64,000 nucleotides of DNA from Azolla caroliniana. Its lineage: Eukaryota > Plantae > Polypodiophyta. How positions within the stretch are numbered: position 1 is the first letter of the stretch; each line of letters starts with the position of its first letter. The translations under genes and the position numbers were made by a program. The stretch lies in NCBI GenBank assembly GCA_043228905.1, contig JBHGNT010000003.1, positions 24,180,001 through 24,244,000 of the forward strand, in the 5' to 3' direction. This document shows positions 1-12,541 of the stretch, piece after piece. The notes under the pieces are model-generated. The model ran no database searches. It worked only from the letters and a program-made list of their open reading frames with translations, and was not told the DNA's origin.

Positions 1-2296
1 CGATAGCGAAAACTTAACCTTGGTTTTACAAAAAGGCTTATATGTAGATAATTTCTCGTACAATCTCAAGGCATTTCTTAATACTAAGGTAGTATCTTTA
101 AAAAAATCAAGATGGAGACAAAACACCATCAATAAAGAAAGGTATAACATACCTAAACATTGAAGATGACTTAGAGAGGAGATAGAGATTAAGAGAGGTT
201 AAGATTATAACTTACACAGAGGAGACAGAGAATAATAGAGGCTTAAGATCTAGCTCAATACTTTGTAGAAGATGAACAAGAATTTTTAAAATGATTAATA
301 AAATTGTGGTTTATAGTTTTTATAATGCACTTGAGCCATTCCACAAAGTCTCTCTATTCAAATTTCCCTTTTCCTAGTGCTTTACTGGTTCCTCTGTCTG
401 TTTTTTTACCAACATCTAGGTATAACAATCACAGAAAGTTAAATCACATGAAGTGACGGCAAATTCTTGTTCGAAAGATGTTTCTTTGCCAACGATGAAT
501 TGAAGGGCCTGCTTCTAATATTTGGAAAAAGTGAAATCAAGACACAAAAATCACAACAATCAGGACATAAAATGCACAGACTATTTATACTCCAATACTA
601 TGGATATATATGTATATATTCGGTCGTTAGTTATATCTGCGCTTTACAGATCTTGTTTGCGGAAGAAAGAAATTTCTTAAAGGACAGTAAGACTAGTTAT
701 TTAGCCGAATGATCAGATTCATGAATAATCTGCAGTCAATCAATACTTCTCTTCGGCACGCTTGTGGCCAATCCTGGACAAAAGTATAAAGCTACAAGCA
801 CCTGTTCTTTTACAGAATAGACATAGAATGTATGCCTCTTCTATACCTGTGTACAGATATATACATTGTTAGCTTGGTTTGAATGCAGCGTTTCCAAGTT
901 GATACAGTAGTAAAAGGTGAGTGCAGGGAAATGACATGCGCTAAAAGGTCGTTGCAGGGCCATGTAGCATTATTGAAAGCATGTGAGAATAATAAGCATT
1001 ATTGAAAAGATTACTGCAGAGAAATGTAGATTGAAAGTCACCATTTTGATTGCTTAAGAGAAGCAGTGGGATTGCCATGTCTATTGGTTAGTTGTGGCAA
1101 TTTGAGAAACTTGAGACCTGCTACACTTTGTCCAGGGTCACGTTATAAACTCATCAAGTTGTCTTTAAAATACAGTAGTTTGATGGGATGTGGCAAGGAA
1201 TTAAATAGTTTAACTTTCCATAATTTACTTCTGTGGACTCTCCTAATCTTGGGTTATACTGTGGGGATGAATTGGAGGTTTATGGAAAAATGTCAAAGAG
1301 ATCAGGGATGTAAAACCCCAGAAACTCATGTTTATTTTCGTTTTGGATAATGCAGTAATGTATGATAGTGATGCATGAACGAATCTCACATGGGTCGTTT
1401 GATAAAGATTTAGCCATAGAAAAGGTTTCACTTGATACATGTGGAAATTGCAGAGGCACACAGAAGGTATTTGTTCATGAGATGAAACAGCAGAATTCGC
1501 AAGGATTAGGCTTGGATGTTAAGTTTGTTTCAGAGCAGGAAATTCGAAGGTAAACCCAGGAGGAAATTTCAAAAACTACTTGATTACCCCTTCTTTATGT
1601 ACATTACACAATAATGGAGAGATATTGTCTTACATAATGAGGTCTCTGGTTATTCAAAATTCAAGCGCATCATTCTACCCGAAAACGATATAAGAGTGTT
1701 TCACAACCTATGAGACTTGTCAATCTGAAATTCTACCATCGGGAAATTTACATCAATATTGACTTGTCAGACCTGTAAATTTGGAGTTAGATCATGGGAA
1801 GTGATCCACATTTGATAAAGTCTGCCACATGCAATACAAATGTACATAGATCTTGATTTGGTACGCCAATTGGATGAGATCCAATACAAGGCAGTGTTTA
1901 TGCACCAATCGTTAAATATCCTAAAGACAAGTCTTGCGGATGCAACGGGGAACAGATGTGCATTACAATATCCTATCTGCGAATTAAAGTCGATAAACCC
2001 AGTCAGGTAATTCAAATCAAACCCATCTTCTTTAAGCAATTTCATTTCAAAATGAGGACTACCATATTCATAACAATCATCTTTACTACCATATTCAAAG
2101 GAAGAAGCAAAATTCAGAACCATTAGAGTGATGGAATCAAGAGAACAGTTTATTTCATATGCAAAATGAGGAGAGAGAATGAAGTTAAGATAATCACAAT
2201 CAAAGACATAATTACATGGGCTTCAAATTAGAGGTTGCTTCCATGGACATAAAATAAATGCTGCTATTAATTTGATTTGTAATGAAAAAAAGTACA

Positions 2297-3840
2297 TTAC
2301 TTCTTCCGAATAATGGCGATCAAGAGGTCAAAAGCGATGTGTTTAGGTAAATGGGCATTCTCTGTAGCCACTATTCGGAATCTATCGAAGAGTTGACATG
2401 CACGGGTCTTGCCAATGTGAGCATCAACTAGAGGCTGAGTGAGGCTTCTGAAGAAAGAACTCCAAAACACTCCAAAAGATGAAGGATTGGAGAGCAGATC
2501 ATTGTTTATTGGTGCAGGGAAATGATCACATTTCTCGAGTACATGAAGCTTCAACAACTCTAACTCAACAATGCTCTGTAAGGCCTCCTTGAATTCTCTT
2601 GGAGAGAAGTTATAGTAGGGCACATTGAAGGTATCCCTCTCCGAAGCCTCGATAATACCCTATAGCAAATGTACACCATTACAAAATATTTATCAACAGC
2701 TCGATGCAAACTGAAACAAAATAATCCTTAATTTTAGACTTCAAGTTAGATCACAGTGAAACACTGAGAATCTTGAATCTTTTAGGCTTCAAAATGGATG
2801 GCTTTAGTGATGCCTATTATAAACAAACCTCTTCGACGAGTTCATTCCATGCTTGTTCGAAATTGCAATTAATTAAGGTTATTCGTGGTGCATTTTCTGA
2901 CGAGCTCATTTCTTATGCTTGAGATGTTGACAATATAAACATGACCCCATTGCTTCTCATCTCCTCAGCTCTGCTCCTCAGAAACCTCCTTGCATCCTCT
3001 TGGAATTGCTTTGCATATGCATCTAACACAGCCTTGCCACCATGTTTTGGAATCCATACATGGCCTCCATTCCAAGTCGGAGCATTTCTGTCTAAAAGCC
3101 CTGCTGGAACCTACTTCAGCAATTTTTGTCACCCAATAAGTTACAAGTTTTACTAGAATTTTAACAGGAAAGTCACTATGATACAGGATATGAAACAAAA
3201 TAAGAAAAGAGCGTGACATATTTCCAAATTGAAATTACTAAGACTACTACTAAACAATTCAATTGCATCAAACCTGAGATAACCAGTGTAGCGAATACAT
3301 GGTAATTGCGAAATCAACACTCCCCTCCGGTAACACGTGCTCATAGAAGGATCCAGGCACACCAGTAGCAAAAAACTTCAACCCTCGAAATAATGTTGAA
3401 CAGTCCGGACTATGTAGCATATGGAATAGGCTGTTGAAATCATTGTCTGGAAGATCAACAAAGAAATATTGGAGCTCTGCCTTGATCAAATCTAGTGGAG
3501 GTTGAGTTGTTTCTTCTTTTAATACTTCATTGTCTTCCTGATTCAACTCCAAGAATTTATGTACAATAAATTCTGCACACTCTAGTGTATTCCTCCCATA
3601 GCCACATCCATAGTCTGCAATCCGAATCAATCTTGGACCCGCGAGATGTATTGCATGATCTTGATTCTGCTTATCGCTATCCCTCATCCAATTGACATCC
3701 TTTTCCTTGTATAAGTGGATGGCTTCTGTAATATGAGGCTTCCCATACGTACAAAAACCATAATTCTGTATGCCTGAGTTTTGAGCATAACTTCCATCTC
3801 CGTCCCCACCATTCATAGAGATGAACTTCAAGGTCTCCAT
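2297..3840 (-). pseudogene. SABATH-family SAM-dependent carboxyl methyltransferase, copy A; 3 exons (3840-3274, 3110-2829, 2659-2297) with a premature TAA in exon 2
   Basis: Motifs MNGGDGDGSYAQNS, RIADYGCGYGRNT, DLPDNDFNSLF, VPGSFY, SLHWLSQ/VP, WNELVEEG, FNVPYY. GT-AG introns at the same positions as copy B. Exon 2 reads ...STSQA*EM... (TAA at 2915-2913) where copy B has ...LCRAYET... Confidence 0.88.
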
Positions 3841-3985
3841 TTTGCTTGCAAATTTGACGTCGTTTGAATTGTATTCTGGCTACTACTAGCAGAACATGTT
3901 GTCATACCAAGTTAAATACCAAGTTAAATGTCACATCTGCAAGTTCAGTTGGAAGGTTTGCCTTACGGGACCAATGTAATTAATA

Positions 3986-4266
3986 GATTACTTCAAATAT
4001 GGTGTAAATCATCACTCAATTCCTATCCAGTTATTTTATCATCCCTGCTGGTTCAAAACAGCCTCCACATACTATAGATTCACAAACCTACGTCACAACC
4101 ATGAGACACACTGCTCACATGGATTGCTTCAAATATGGACTAATTCATTGTTTAAATGCTATCCAGTTATTTTATCATCCCTGCTGGTTCAAAACAGCCT
4201 CCACATACTATAGATTCACACACCTACGCGACAACCATGAGAGACACTGCTCACAACATGGATTGC
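3986..4266. repeat. Tandem duplication of about 135 bp (2 copies) upstream of SABATH copy A
   Basis: ctatccagttattttatcatccctgctggttcaaaacagcctccacatactatagattcaca occurs at ~4023 and ~4159. Confidence 0.9.
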
Positions 4267-4812
4267 GCTTATTGTTACACAATGGTCTGATTCCTTGGCC
4301 GTCCTAAATCCCTGGAAGCATGTAATTCCTAGCAATAGATCATATCCTACTTGTCTTGTAATTAACCCATAAACTACTATCTCATAAGCTACCATTACTA
4401 GGGTTTTGCTTAGTTGCCTTGTAGACATCTATCTTCAAAAAACTTGCAGCTTGCAAGAAGAATATGATGGAGTTGTTTATGAAAGGAAATGAGAACTTAA
4501 GTATTACCTGGTGGAATGATCAAATTTGAAAGAATCTAATGTAGTCGAGTCCTCTGCAACATATAAGATATGGGTAGGAATGGTGGACAAAAAGACTGCA
4601 TTATGTAGGATAGATACTAGAGATGGTAGATAAAGCTGGCTATATACTATACAAAGGCGATGGTTTGCATATATATAGCCTGAAAGACGTGTTGGTTTAA
4701 ACAGTTTGGACAGCTCCAATGGTTTTTTCCCGGTCCACAAAAATGATGCCATTGACAACAAGGATAAGTTTTATTTTTTATGCATGAACAAACTAGACTT
4801 AATTAAATGGGC

Positions 4813-4965
4813 GATGGATTGATGATATATATACACATATATAAAGAGAGAAATTTGGCTTCCATAATTTCTCTGTAGGATCCACAGAATGCGATTGTTT
4901 GATGATATATATATATAAAGAGAGAGTTTTGGCTTCAATAATTTCTCGGTAGGAACCACAGAATG
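4813..4965. repeat. Tandem duplication of about 75-80 bp (2 copies)
   Basis: gatgatatatata...ataaagagag...ttggcttc.ataatttctc.gtagga.ccacagaatg is repeated. Confidence 0.8.
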
Positions 4966-5251
4966 TTATTACAAAAACAGGGCGATGCTAATGACGAAGT
5001 TTAGATTCACATGCTAATGATAGTTTATGCTAATTACGAAAATATGCGTGTCACCTTCAAAATATATTAGCATAGCATAGCAGAGTGTTTTGGAGATATA
5101 CGACAGTATAAAGCACCACGTACGTATTTTCATATTTAAAAAAATAAATAAAAAGAATAGATATATTGTCGTATACAGAAGAAGCAAAGAAGAAATGGAA
5201 ATCTACACTTCACCTTTTTGGTGGGCAGACACCCCACTTATATAGAGGGCC

Positions 5252-5536
5252 TAGGAGTCGGCAACGGTTCAGTTTAGGCTTAGTGGGTTAAGGCACGGTT
5301 CAGTTTAGGCTTAGTGGGTTTGCCTTAACCGGTTTGGGGGTTTCCAAACCAGAACCAAACGGGTTTTTAAACCGGTTTGGCCAAGGCGATTAAGCCTTAA
5401 ACGGCTTGGTAATCGGTTTGAGCAATCCCAAACCGAGCTCAAACTGGTTCAGGAAGCTCAAGCGTAAACCGAATTGAATCGCCAAACCGCAGTTTGGCGG
5501 TTCGGTTTAGGTTTGAGCCGAGCCATCGCCGGAGTA
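5252..5536. mobile_element. Degenerate non-autonomous DNA transposon (hAT-like MITE, AACCG/CGGTT-rich)
   Basis: Dense AAACCG/CGGTTT motifs. Imperfect inverted ends (cggcaacggttc vs gagccatcgccg). Ends resemble those of the element at 9923-10334. Internal duplication of acggttcagtttaggcttagtgggtt. Confidence 0.55.
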
Positions 5537-5982
5537 GAGGCCCAAATGGGTCATTGCACATGCTCACGTGGCACCTAATTGTTACACATGGTAGCCACAT
5601 GGGCTAAGCTCAAGACGCCTTTCATGGCTACACCACACCTCCTCTTTTGGACCGAACCAGGGCTAATCTTGGCATATGTTAGGGCTTGGATTGGGTTGTT
5701 GTCGTGGCACGACGATTGTGGAATGACTTGGGGACATTGGGGTTGGAAACTGCTTCATACGTGATACATGGGTTGTAGCGAGTGTGCCACCCTTCAACCA
5801 CCTAAGCTTATAGGTGTTGGAGCCGACCGGCCCAATGAAGACGTAAAGACTGACCCAACAGTGGAGGAGGGACTCAAAGAGTCCGCGATGATGTAGAAGG
5901 AAATAAAGTCGGGTTGTGTCCCCCGGACGGAAGGTGGGTCGAATGGGGTGGTCGCCATATGCTTGCTTGTGCCTTTGTTGTG

Positions 5983-6420
5983 CTACATGACTTTGCCCTT
6001 AAACTGGGAACCTTGGTTGGATAGAAGCTGTAGTGAACATCTATGGGGGAAGATTAATTTGTCCAAGAGAGCTTGGGCTAAGGTATTGGTTGTGACATTA
6101 GGATGAGGAATAACTTTGCACCACCGAGTGAGGTATTTCGTTATCACCAAGATGTACTTATTACCTTGTGCCCATGTAGGAAAAGTACAGACATTGTCCC
6201 ATCTAACCAACTCGAAGGGCTCGCTAACCGTGATGGAGGATAAGGTGCCTTTCTGAGTTGCAGGTGATTTTGTGGCTTGGCATATTGGATACTCTGTGAG
6301 AAATTGGGACAAATCTTGCAATAATCAAGGCTAATAAAATTGGGATTGTGACAACTTCTAGAGTACCTTGTGGAAACCAAGGTGGCCGGTAAGTGGATGA
6401 CTATGATAAAATTCTAAGTA
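5983..6420 (-). mobile_element. Ty3/gypsy integrase remnant
   Basis: HSHPLTGHLGFHK...CPICQ-type zinc-finger region followed by PFELVRWD...GNKYILVITKYLTRW...LLSNQGSQF (degenerate rve core); contains stops. Confidence 0.85.
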
Positions 6421-6576
6421 TGGTCGACAGAGGGAGGTGGGTATGTAGACTCATTGTCAAAATGTGAGAAACACATAAGAGGATTTAAGTTAAATTAGGA
6501 ATATTAAAAAGGTGGAATAATAGATCGAGTGTATGTGAGAAACATATGCTGTGAGTTGGAGATAAATATAACAAAA

Positions 6577-6647
6577 AAGTTTAGCTCAATTGGTAAAAGC
6601 ATTTACTATAAGTGGGGAGGTTAGAGGTTGGAATCCTACTTGGACCA
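6577..6647 (+). other. tRNA-like (pseudo-tRNA or SINE-head) module in repeat DNA
   Basis: A-box-like TAGCTCAATTGGTAAAAGC, B-box-like GGTTGGAATCC and a 3' CCA at tRNA spacing; stems are degenerate. Confidence 0.5.
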
Positions 6648-7709
6648 TAGAAGATTAAGTGGATAAATGAATGTGATAGTGGAGATTATAGTTAATACCA
6701 TTGATTTTGCTAGTATCAGAGTCCAAGCAGATAAAGCTAGGGTTGCGAATCAAGAGGGCATGAGATCAACAACAATAGAAGACAACATGGCGACAATTGT
6801 TTGTTGAGACATCGCATTGAAACTCGAGGATATCCCCTGAAGCCCTCTCCGCTTACTCGAATCTTCTTCCTATCCTTCTTCTATTTCTTGCTCACTCCAT
6901 GTAACGGAGCCGAGAATTTTTCTCATTGTACTTCCACTCTCCTAAACTTACCATTGCCCACAAAATCTTAATATAAATTTATTTCGCTATTTTGTACAAA
7001 TCCTTGTTTGAGTTATAATCTCATCAAGTTGTCTATAAAATATAGTAATTTAATGGGATGTGGCAAGACATTAAAAGGTTTATCTTTCCATAATTTACTT
7101 CTATGGACTCTCCTAATCTCGCCTTATGCTATGTAAGGGGATGGTGCCCATGCATTGAAGGTTTATGGAAAAATGTCCAAGAGGTCAAGGATGTAAAACC
7201 CCAAAATACACACTCTCTCTCACACATACACAAGTCTCTCCCTCTTACTCTCTCGAAGTGTGTTTGGGTTAGTGGTGGAGAGACAAAGATCGGTGTTTGT
7301 GAACCTAGGTTTTGTGCTTCCTTGTTCATCGTTGCGAGTCCGTGTGCTCGCCGTTCGGGTGGTTCTCGGTTCATGGTGTTGGTGCCCGTGTTCGTTGTTG
7401 CAAGTATGTGAGATCGTCATTCGCGTGGTTCGAGGTGTTGGTGTGCTTGGTTTTCGTTGTACGTGGTTCGAGGTTCATGTGGTGTGCGGTGGGGTGCTCG
7501 TGCTCCTGTTGTGTTCGAGGTTACACTTGGAGTCCTCGTGCTTGGTGGTCATTGTTGTCACGGATTCCAATCTACCTCGCTTTCTATTGTTCTACTCTTG
7601 TTTGTCTACCATAGTCGAGTCCAGCCTAAGTGCCGCCATTGTAAATCCATTGTGGCTTTGAGCCTTGCATAAAGAAAATATTTTTGGGTGTATGTTGTGT
7701 CTCTTGCCT

Positions 7710-8170
7710 TGTGTGTTCACATTCCCCTTTTTGCTGTGTGTTTGGCCGTCTTGTGACGATGGAGTGTTTCGGGCGTGCCCATGCACCTCTCCTCCTCATA
7801 AAGGCATACGGGCATTCGTGTTTGTGTTCTCATCCCCTTCTTGTTGTGGGTTTGGCCATCTTGTCACGAGGGAGCCTTTCATGCGTTCCCATGCAACTCT
7901 CCTCATAAAGGCATACGAGCATTTGTGTTTGTGTTCTTGCCCTTTCCTTTTACGTGCGGCCCTCTTGTGATGAGAGAGCATTTCAAGCATACCCATGCAC
8001 CTCTCCTCTTCATAAAGACGTACGAGCATTCATGTTTGTGTTCTCGCCCCCTTCCTTGTACGTTCGGACGTCTTATCACGAGGGAGTGTTTCAGGCGTGC
8101 CGATGCACCTCTCCTCCTCATAAAGGTGTACGGGCTTTCGTGAATGTGTGTTCTTCCTTTCCTTGTGCGT
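7710..8170. repeat. Tandem array of four ~107-bp units
   Basis: Core atgcacctctcctcctcataaag...cgggcattcgtgtttgtgttctc; CATAAAG recurs at 7797, 7904, 8011 and 8118 (period 107). Confidence 0.92.
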
Positions 8171-9775
8171 TCATCTTGTGTGCTCATCTTTACTTGTGTA
8201 GCTGTCCATTCACTCATGTGGCGAGCTTGAAAGCTCGATGAGTCGTGGTCAACGAAAGTCACCAGCTCCACAAAGGGGCAACGAGCCCTTGCTCAAGAAG
8301 TAGTCTTCATCGACAAGCAAACCTAGGATCTTCTCCATCCCTTCGTACTCCCTAGTCCGAGACCCCCTGTGGTCTTGCCCAAGTAACACACGTGCGAAAC
8401 TTCACGACACTGGTAAACCAATCACTATTCTCTTCACACCTGAGAAGATGAAATGGTGCAACATGAGGTATGCCGACTTCGTAACTATTAAGCAGATAGA
8501 AGGGTTCTATGATTGCCACCGAATGGAGGCGGCTTCATGAGCTCCTACAAGCAACCTTTCAACATTGTACATGTAAAGTACTTGATGTGCAATTTCGAGG
8601 AGATGGATTCTATCATTTATCAGTGGATACGACCAAATCTGTTAAGATCATGTTAGAGCATAATTAGTATAATGGATGTGGTTGTCTAATTTTTGCCATG
8701 TAACCGGGCGTTGATGGTGTCAAGATTTTGAGTTTAGGCCATGGGTAAGGAGTACATGTCCATACGTTGTTGTGATGTGGGAAATGCATAGGAAAAAATA
8801 AGTTAAACTAAAAATATCAAAAGGATTGAATGATAGATCGAGGGTGTTGCCAAATTCAAAAGTGAGAAAGCTAGGGTTGCGAATCAAGAGGGCATGCAAG
8901 ACCAACATTGACAAGAGGCGATGTGGTTGTCATTTGTTGGGACGTCTCATTGAAACTTGAGGATCTCCCATTGAAGCTCTACTCATTAACTTATCTTCTC
9001 CGTTTATTCTTTTCTTCCTCGTCATTTTTTTCTTCTCCTCAACGTACTTGAGGTCTTAGGGCGTAATTTTCGTCTTCCTAATGAATGCAGTAGAAAAGGA
9101 AAACCTTTAGCATCAGAGTTTTTCTTAAGCATATCACTGTCTTAAAGCAAATTTAAGTATAAAATTGTTTGAATACGTATGAAGATGTGTATGCATTGGT
9201 TTTTTGGCCTTTAACTAATGGAGATATTTCTACGATCTAATTGGAGAAACATATCCAAAAGTAGTACATAATTAAAAAGTGATGATGATGGGAATATTCG
9301 ACCATCACAAAACCTAAGTTCAGAATTCAAGAATGGTTCCACATATAAAAAAGTATCCAAACTACACCTTATCCTTTTCAAGATATTTCTCAATGAAACA
9401 ATGATGCCATGTTCAAGGTGGTGGGTTTATGCTATCTTATGTCATTCTTTTCATATTATATGTTCTTCCATCATCCAAGTATCTTTTATTTGTGTATACA
9501 TACATATACCGTACTCTTTCTTTCATGTAGGATCAAGTGACTTTACATAAAAAGAAACTTATGAGAAGACCATGGGCATATAATTAAGAATATCCACACG
9601 ACACAAGCCAACGGAATTAAAAGAATAGTGTGAAGGAGCAAAATTAAGAATGAGGATATGTTTGGATAAGACCTACTCAAGTTGTGATATAACATTGACA
9701 AACAAAATGGAGATGGAGAACTCAAGGATATATTCAACATTCTTAGGTGATTGCCGAAAGAGAATCGACGACACA

Positions 9776-9911
9776 CCAAGCTCTTGAATGATAAACCGAG
9801 GAATCAATGTGACTTGAAGCTCTCTTCACATGATAATGGATGTGACCCAAAGCTTTTGAATGATAACCCAAGGAATTTATGTGACTCGAAGCGCTCTCAC
9901 ATGATAGTGGA
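9776..9911. repeat. Tandem duplication of about 72 bp
   Basis: aagct.ttgaatgataa.cc.aggaat..atgtgact.gaagc...cacatgata.tgga occurs twice. Confidence 0.8.
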
Positions 9912-9922
9912 GGGATTGATGC

Positions 9923-10334
9923 TAACAATCAGGAACGGTTTGGTTTGAACCAAATCGAACCGTGAAAACGTGGCTTAATGGCTAAAACGGTTTGGTTCAA
10001 TTTTGGTTTTAATGGTTTGATGGTTTTTAAATATTTTATATTCTTTTTTAATATTTTAAAAAATAAATTTAAATAACATTTTCATGGTTTAGCCTAATTC
10101 TCACATTTTAGGAAAAACCTTTAAATTTTTGAAATTTTTAAATTTGAAATAGTGAAAAAAATTTACATTTTCAATTTAAATTTGAATTTTGACCTAAGTT
10201 GAAAACTGTAACCGAACCACAAAACCGGGGTTTTTAACAGTTCGGTTCAAACGGTTTCATGGTTTGGTTCAAGTCTCAAAAATTTTAAGCGGTTGGGTTT
10301 TGACACTCTTGAACCGAACCATTGCCGATTGTTA
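9923..10334. mobile_element. hAT-type MITE (412 bp)
   Basis: Imperfect TIRs taacaatcaggaacggtttggttt / gaaccgaaccattgccgattgtta. 8-bp TSD ATTGATGC / ATTAATGC (7/8). AT-rich core with AACCG motifs. Confidence 0.85.
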
Positions 10335-10341
10335 ATTAATG

Positions 10342-10369
10342 CCCTAAACCCTAAACCCTAAATCCTAAA
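10342..10369. repeat. Short interstitial plant telomeric repeat (CCCTAAA)n
   Basis: ccctaaaccctaaaccctaaatcctaaa; a similar short tract lies at ~25933-25951. Confidence 0.75.
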
Positions 10370-12541
10370 GAGGATGTGAAGATGGTTTAGACATGCGGGT
10401 AATGGGCACAACATTACAAACCTATAACTTTGCGATGCTCATTGATAATCAAATCCCAATTGGAACAAACTGCTATGTTGTTAATTGCTAATACAAATGC
10501 AGATCCATATATATCTTCTCAATGTTTACAACACCATTTACGTAGAAGTGCGAAACTGAATTGTGAATGAATTACTAGGCAATGGAGTGCTCATTTGTGT
10601 TTCTATTTTCTCTTTTTCAATCTTCCCACGCGTCGGAAGGAAGCATGCAGCCCCCGTTGCCGCCCTCCATGCTTTAACCCTAATCCCCTCCTCTTCCTTA
10701 TGCAGAAAACCAGGGATTCTTATCTTGCGCCTCTGTAGGCTAACCCTGCCCTCCCACATCTCTAAGCACTTGCAAGCTTGTGCATTTTTTTCTTCTTCTT
10801 CTGCCCAAATTTAGCCGTGACCTCATGCGAAAAGATTCGATTGCTTGTAGGTTTTTCAATCTGATCATTCGAGGTAATTCGGCTTACATCCTTTTCTACA
10901 AATTCCCTCCTGCGAAACAATTACGATCGCAAAATGCTGTATTTTTAATCCGAACAGTGTGTAGAATTCGAAGTTTTAATTCGAACATTGCAAACAAAAT
11001 CGTTTCACGTTTTGTACTGTTTTGCTGGAAGATCGGTATGGAAGTAGGCCTTTTAATGTCGGACTTCCCAAACAAAATCTTTTGAGTTGATAAACCGAAT
11101 ACAAGACACTGATTGCAAAATCTTGTCGTTTTTTTTAGCAAAGTTTAGGAGTAGATCGTCAATATGGTTTCACAAAAGAATATGCGTAGAATGAAAGTTG
11201 AAATGTGGATTAACATGGTACAGAAATGGTGTTGTGAGATGAAATATGATTAAATCACTGCACGTTTGAGAAGTTCTTTCACTTCAGAGAAGTCTTTAGA
11301 ATTTATCAAAGATTTTATATTTGAATTTTGTAAGTTTGAGAAACCTGAATCAACACACATTTCTGTAGAAAGCCTCTGGCTTCAGAAACTCAAATCTTTG
11401 TAATTTCTCCAAAACAAACTTTCTTTTAGCATCCTCAGACAGGAGACCAACCCAAGGAATCTAGAACAGCAAATATATTTTTATCAATTATTTGGCTGGT
11501 TGCTTGTGTATCTGGAATAGATTAAAGTAGATATGTGTAAACAAGGTCTAAGTGATAAGGGCACATGTACCATGTGTACAAGACTAGGACGAACATTGTG
11601 TAACAAGAAGAGATTGTTATGAAATCTCGTGTAACAAGGGATCAGGATGATAATTGTGAAACCAGAAGGGAGACTGTATCAATATGTTTATCACCTTCCA
11701 GAGTGATTAATATGCATGATAATGAGAGATGATTAACAATTGGAATTCCCCTTTGATTGCCTCTCTGCTGGTGTTTCATTTGTTTCTCAACAAGGAACCT
11801 ATGTACCACAAAGAAAGAAATATATATAGTATGTCGGCAATACTCTAGAACAATGAGAGATGAGAGAATCCTTCTTTTATCATTGGAGAGAGAGCTTAAT
11901 TGCCAATACAAGATTCTGAGAAAATGCCTAAAATTTTAGGCATGCATGGACTCTTTAAAGAGTCTTGTTTTAATCAAAAAATCTGCCAATGCCTTGTTGG
12001 GCATTTCAATTAGTTCATTAAATATGGTGATTTACTACCATAAGGTTTCTTATAAGAAATCGCAGATATTTTCATGAAGATTTGCTACTCAAAGGTTTGA
12101 CATAAAATTGTTGTTTTTTAATTAATATCTCAATATTTGAAGGCAATCTGTATTACAATGCTGAAAAGGTAAGCAATAAAACAAACCTCCATCCAGTCTT
12201 GGTGTGAAACTTCGATCTTAACATTGGGTGCTGTTTATACTTAAAATGTCAAGTGCAAATGCAAGTTACACTTCCATCTAATCTGTTTAAATTATTTATT
12301 TCCAAATATCGTGATATCAGAAGGTTCTCTCTATCATGAAAAAGTCAGAATGCAATAACAATTACCGAATAAATAATGCAACTGCAATTTTCACTTGCCA
12401 TTAATGCTCCGTTTTTCTTCTAAAAGTGATTCTCTGCATACGAAAGTGAATATGGTTTGCAACACCTTGTCTTACATTGCAGAAAGCTGGAGTAAAACCA
12501 TAGTTTGTCGAAAGAGCAACAAGATACATAGTTGAAGTAAA

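Larger units (their letters stand above)
6480..9120 (+). mobile_element. Degraded LTR-retrotransposon-like region
   Basis: PBS(Met)-like tagtatcagag at ~6711 and tagcatcagag at ~9108. Internal direct repeats 6734-6875 / 8867-9000 (aaagctagggttgcgaatcaagagggcatg...) and 6486-6535 / 8799-8845. GT-rich leader-like sequence at 7250-7700. Confidence 0.5.

Noticed and set aside
6577-6647. Functional tRNA gene
   Set aside because: The T-loop is TTG rather than TTC and the stems pair poorly; kept only as tRNA-like.
7710-8170. CRISPR-like array
   Set aside because: The 'spacers' are homologous to each other, there are no cas genes, and the context is eukaryotic; it is a tandem repeat.
7103-8271. Many overlapping 60-130-aa ORFs
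   Set aside because: By-products of GT-rich, stop-poor repeat DNA; no recognisable domain.
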